A stretch of 64,000 nt of DNA from Camelus ferus (Eukaryota), in contig NC_045696.1 of the NCBI RefSeq assembly GCF_009834535.1, positions 63,180,001 to 63,244,000 of the forward strand, in the 5' to 3' direction. A program made the position numbers and the translations under genes. The notes beneath the pieces are model-generated. The model was not told where the DNA came from and searched no databases. It saw nothing but the letters and a program-made list of their open reading frames with translations. Shown piece by piece: positions 59,200-64,000 of the stretch. The first letter of the stretch is position 1; every line of letters starts with the position of its first letter.

Positions 59200-60735
59200 T
59201 AAGTACTTTTCTTTTGTTTGGATTATATTATGAGTATCTTGAAAATATTCTAGATAGAAAAGAGTTCATTTTAGTGTCACATAAAATTGAAGAGGTTTTT
59301 ATTACATAACTTGTATTCACTTATTCATTAATAACTCTCTGGTATTGTTTGAATACTCATTAACCACTTTAGAATAAGTCCTGTCTGTAACTTGTACCTT
59401 GACAAAATTGACATAAAAGTTAGACGCAGTATGCTCCCCAAATCCAGCTTGAGTTTGAGTTCTTTTCTTTTTGAGGATTCATCTCAGAGTGAATTTTGAG
59501 TATACCTTTAGCCTGTCAGTGTTTGAATTACCACCTTTCAATTTGCTGACAGTTCCACCCACTTGTACTTGAGGGATGGAGTGATAGACAAACATAAACT
59601 TAACTTTAATATATGAATAAGGATAGGACATTGTCAAATGCGTTAAGCCTTGGTTAAGACAAATTGGAATAATCCCTTAAAATTTATTTTTTTTGGAGGC
59701 TTCCAGTTATATAAGTACTAAGTTAACTAGGATTCTATTTTTATTGCTGCTGTTAAAGTGATGATTATAAACACTTGTGAAGTATCAATGCTTGAGAGTG
59801 CCAAAGGAATTCTTAATATTAGTGATAAAAAAAGAATTGCCTTATGAACATTTAACAAACACTGCCAATGAGCTGTCATTTTTGTTTTTTAAAAAATTTG
59901 ACTTGGAGCTGATCCCTGCTGCCTTTGGAGAAGTAACGTCAGTAGGGGGAAAAAAAGTCAAACATAATTTGCTGTGTAGTCTTTGCCAACCATACCAACT
60001 TGTAGAGTTTAAACTTATCCCAGTGTTAGTGGTTAATTATGGAACTTAATGTTTCTCTCTGAAAGAAGTAGAAAAGGATTGGAGTTAAATGATTCTTTTC
60101 AGAGTTTTATGAATAATATCTCAGTTAGAATAAGCATAATTCAAACATTTGGGGGAAAAGTAGATATGTGAGTTGAACCCCTGTTTGAATTGTTCCAGAT
60201 TTCTGACATTGCCTGTGACTCACACAGATTCTGCACTTCTATCCTGAGTATGTGTTAGAGGAGGGAAGGATTTAAATTGATGCTTTTGTGGAAAGAAAAA
60301 TAAATGAGGAGGATTTCTTAGTGTAAAGCTTAACATTTTTTTAGGTGGATAAAAAGTAAAAATTTTTTCATCAATAGTTTGGAGTTCTCAAGTTACCCAT
60401 AACTTTACCTTTAATATTATTAGCTTTTACAGCGTTGGCACAGACTTAAAGGATAATAATACTATTATATAAACTTGAGTATTGCGAGCCATCTTATCAT
60501 ATGATAGATACATTGGTTAACTTAGGCGTTGCCACATTTGAGACTAAGACCTTTCATTGCTGTTTATCTTAGGAATTTGAGATTTAAAAATTCTTATCCA
60601 TTATCTCAATTTTTGTTAGGGGGTTTCTGTTTGTAAGGAAGTCACACTTTAAAATCAGAAATATAGAAAAGTGAGGCATTAAGAAATTTGGATATTTTAA
60701 ACTTTGTTTAAAGTAAAAACTTTGGATTTATTTAG

Positions 60736-60816
60736 GGGACTGGATGGAGGTGTTTCTTGTACGTCAATTTATGAAAAGCATAGTGCAGGACTGACAAAGG
60801 GGATGCATGCCTACAG
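60736..60816 (+). CDS. ATP13A3: ATP13A3 coding exon 5, [26 protein letters not shown](R)
   Basis: tttag|G ... AG|gtaatt; 81 nt, phase 2/2, consistent with both neighbours. Confidence 0.96.
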
Positions 60817-61950
60817 GTAATTTTTATCCGACTCAAGTTAGATGTATTATCAAAATTCCTAAATAAAGTAGTATATACAGCCTACCCTTTTACCATATAG
60901 TTGTAATATTAACAGGTGTTTAAATATTATAACATAGTCGTTAACAACTTGTTGATATTTTATTTGGGTAAGACCATCTCTCAGTTTAAGAATTGTAAAA
61001 ATGTTGAAGCTGATATTGAAGTGGATATCCCTGAAAATATACTGTATTTCATCAGTTCAAAGGTACACACTTTCCTGCATTTTAACGTCTTTAAAAGGAG
61101 ACTGTGCCATACAGTGGGTGGAGTGTCATCCTTTACTTGACAGTGTTTTTAATCTTTCTCGATAGTACATAAAATCATGGTATGTCTTAACAATTGATAG
61201 CATCTTAGATTAACTGAAATATTGGGAATTGTAAGCACGAGCTCAAATTTACCACAATGAAAATTTGTAAGTTGGGAGACACAGCCTTTTTTATAGTGTT
61301 GTTATTTGCTGAAATATAAAAGTATGCTAGTGTATTACATATTGTAAAGATAAATACCATTTTCAAATTAAATTAGGAATTTTCTTGTACTCCTATAGCA
61401 TGTTCTTTCAAAGGGTTGAAATATGAATTCATTCAGGCTTCTAATTCATGAAAGGCAAGAATTATTTTGTCATATAGAAAGCACTATTGTAACATAAGGA
61501 ATTTAAACAGAAGGATTTAAGCAACTTTTTAAAAGCAGTTTTTAAAAAAGCCAAATGTGTAATGTTACATTTTTAGTACAGTATTTTTATTAGAAAAATA
61601 GTGTAGGATGCCTCAAATTTACTTAATGTATTCTCTTGCAAAAATAAATTGCAGTTCAAAATTGTTGAGATATATTGTATTCATGGATAGTAAAGAAAGT
61701 CTTTTGCTGACATGGTTATTATGGACTAGTGGGAAAGGTACTTGTCACACAAAAAGATAAAATGGAAACCGTATAGTTAGTTATCCAGTATTGACTATGT
61801 TGATTTAAATACTTTAGCTAGAGAATTTAAATTGTAGAAGACAACTGTTTAGAAACGTGAATGTTTAAGTTCCAAATTTAAGGAGCAGTCGGTTTGAGCT
61901 TCATCTAATGCAATGCCCTCCCTAAATTGTGCTTTTACGATACAATATAA

Positions 61951-62082
<132 letters not shown>

Positions 62083-63486
62083 TGATCAGTAGGTTTGTCA
62101 ATTGAAAAGGGCCAGCATTTAAGTAATAAGAAGGTATTCTTGGTTTTTTGCTTCCTAACTTCTCTTTGCTTATTTTTTCACTTGGAAGGTCAGAAAGATA
62201 TTTCTCTGGTAGATCAATAATTCAGGGCGTGGTTATTGTTTTAATTTTTTTGCTTTTCTTGTCTGTAGATTTTTTTTTTTTTACTCAGGAAGTTGTACAC
62301 CTAAAACTCGCCCTATTTTACAGATGTATACACCTGTCTTTTCTTTTCCCCTACTAATTTAAAAAAACAATTTATCATGTTTTTTTCATGCGGCACACTG
62401 TTGGGAACTAGGCATCATGCCAGAGGTTTGGAACAAAAAACGTTACGTGATAAGGACGTTGAGGAACTTGTCTTTTAGCCCGAGAGGAATGCATGTCGGT
62501 AGTTTTACTGTAGTGACTGTTCAGTTGTAAGGCCGTGGAAGGGGTGTGAATAAAGGATTGTGAAGGCTCTCCAGCCTTCCCTCTGATTTGGGGCTAAAGA
62601 TTAATAATTAGCTGTGTTGGGTGAATACTTTTAGTAGAAGTTACTGATTGTTTTCCATCAGTTTCTGAGAGTGGCCATATAATGCTGCTTTAGAGCATAG
62701 CAAAGTGTAATGATTAGGAACTAGAAAGACTGGTTTGTAATGTGACTCCATCAGTAACTAGCTTTGATCATTTGAAGACCTTTCTCCCTGCTGCTCCTTT
62801 CTTGGTAAAACTGGAGTCAGTCCTTTCTAGTGCTCATTTGATTTTTAAGTAAAATGGGACTATATATGTAAAAGTGCTTTTTGAAAAGTACAGAAGCATC
62901 AGTTTTAAAACTTTGGGGGGTTATTAATAAATTGATAAAATACCATAAAATTTGAGTAAACAAAGTCCATTTTCAGGACTTCCTTTTTTTTTTTCATTCA
63001 GGTTTTAACCCTTAATTATTTCCTTAGAGAAAGCAAAACAGTATAACTTATCTCATGTTTGTCTTCTCTTTGGACTCTAGTGAACCTTTGACTTACAAGT
63101 AAATTATTGTTCCAGTTCATAATAAGTAAACATCTGTTCCATTTGGTTAAAAGTTTTGTATTGTTTAGCAGCACATTAACTATTGGAAATAAGTGTATTT
63201 TATTGCTAAAGCAGAATGAAGAACAACTAAATTTACACTCTTTAGCTGTTTCTAGCTGAATGTGTATTTGGGTTTGGTATGAATCTAAATGGATGCAAGT
63301 AATTCAAATTAAGCTTATGTTTTTTAATTTTTTTTTTAAAGGTAATGTCTTTTCCTACTTTTTGAGTAGTTATATGTTGCCCTAGCACACTGTAGAGCTT
63401 ATCCTGTGGTATCTTGTTGGTTATTTCTTAAATCTGTATGGTAATACAGATTTCTTTCAATTTGACTAAAAAATCTTGTTTTTTAG

Positions 63487-63621
63487 GTTCTCAACCCATT
63501 TTACATCTTCCAGCTGTTCAGTGTTATACTCTGGTGCACTGATGAATACTATTACTACGCTGTAGCCATTGTGATTATGTCTTTGGTATCAATTATAAGC
63601 TCGCTGTATACCATTAGAAAG
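63487..63621 (+). CDS. ATP13A3: ATP13A3 coding exon 7, [45 protein letters not shown] (TM1-TM2); gene continues beyond the window
   Basis: ttgttttttag|GTT ... AAG|gtaagt; 135 nt; NPFYIFQ and WxxDxYxxY motifs of P5B-ATPases. Confidence 0.97.
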
Positions 63622-64000
63622 GTAAGTCTCATTTATTATGGGTTTCACAACTATATTTGTATTTTTTAATAACATGTACGATGTATAGAATGCTCCTTGG
63701 TATAAAGTAAGTACGCAATACAGTTATTCTTCTAGTTATGTGAGAATGTACTCCCTTTCCCTCCTTTTTTGAAGTGGGGAAAGGCAGATGCTTTTTAAAG
63801 TCAGAGTGTCACTTGACGGCTTCAAGGCTGAAGGGATCTATAATTGCTTCTCTTAGACTGCAATACTGGAGGGCTGATTCTGCTGTTTTCAGGGCTTGTC
63901 TCATTAAAGTGCTTCTTATTTTATCTTGAGCTAAAACATTGAATAATCTTTGAATTTTTTGGTCTTGACATTTTTAAAGGCAGAGTAATATTCATTTATT

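Overview
Mammalian genomic DNA, most likely camelid: it carries 11 copies of a tRNA-Ala(AGC)-derived SINE matching the camelid Vic-1 type. Positions 1 to ~35 kb are repeat-rich intergenic DNA (L1, L2, MIR, a Tigger2 transposon with a decayed DDE transposase, MER elements, solo LTRs). A CpG island at ~35.4-37.3 kb is the promoter of ATP13A3, the P5B-type ATPase polyamine transporter, on the + strand. I infer non-coding exon 1 (donor at 36981) and a probable 46-nt exon 2 (37729-37774). Seven coding exons follow (57344-63621), all GT-AG with consistent phases, encoding residues 1-255; the gene runs off the window. The most interesting signal is the 5' leader. It has a strong-context AUG uORF (MGLG*), a near-cognate upstream extension of that frame, and a Pro-Pro-Trp codon run just after the uORF stop. 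Exon 2 switches that frame between in-frame with ATP13A3 and overlapping out-of-frame. This resembles polyamine/eIF5A-sensing leaders (AZIN1, AMD1, yeast HOL1), but it is a hypothesis only. Repeat family names were assigned by eye and their boundaries are approximate. No prokaryotic systems, CRISPR arrays or rRNA were seen.
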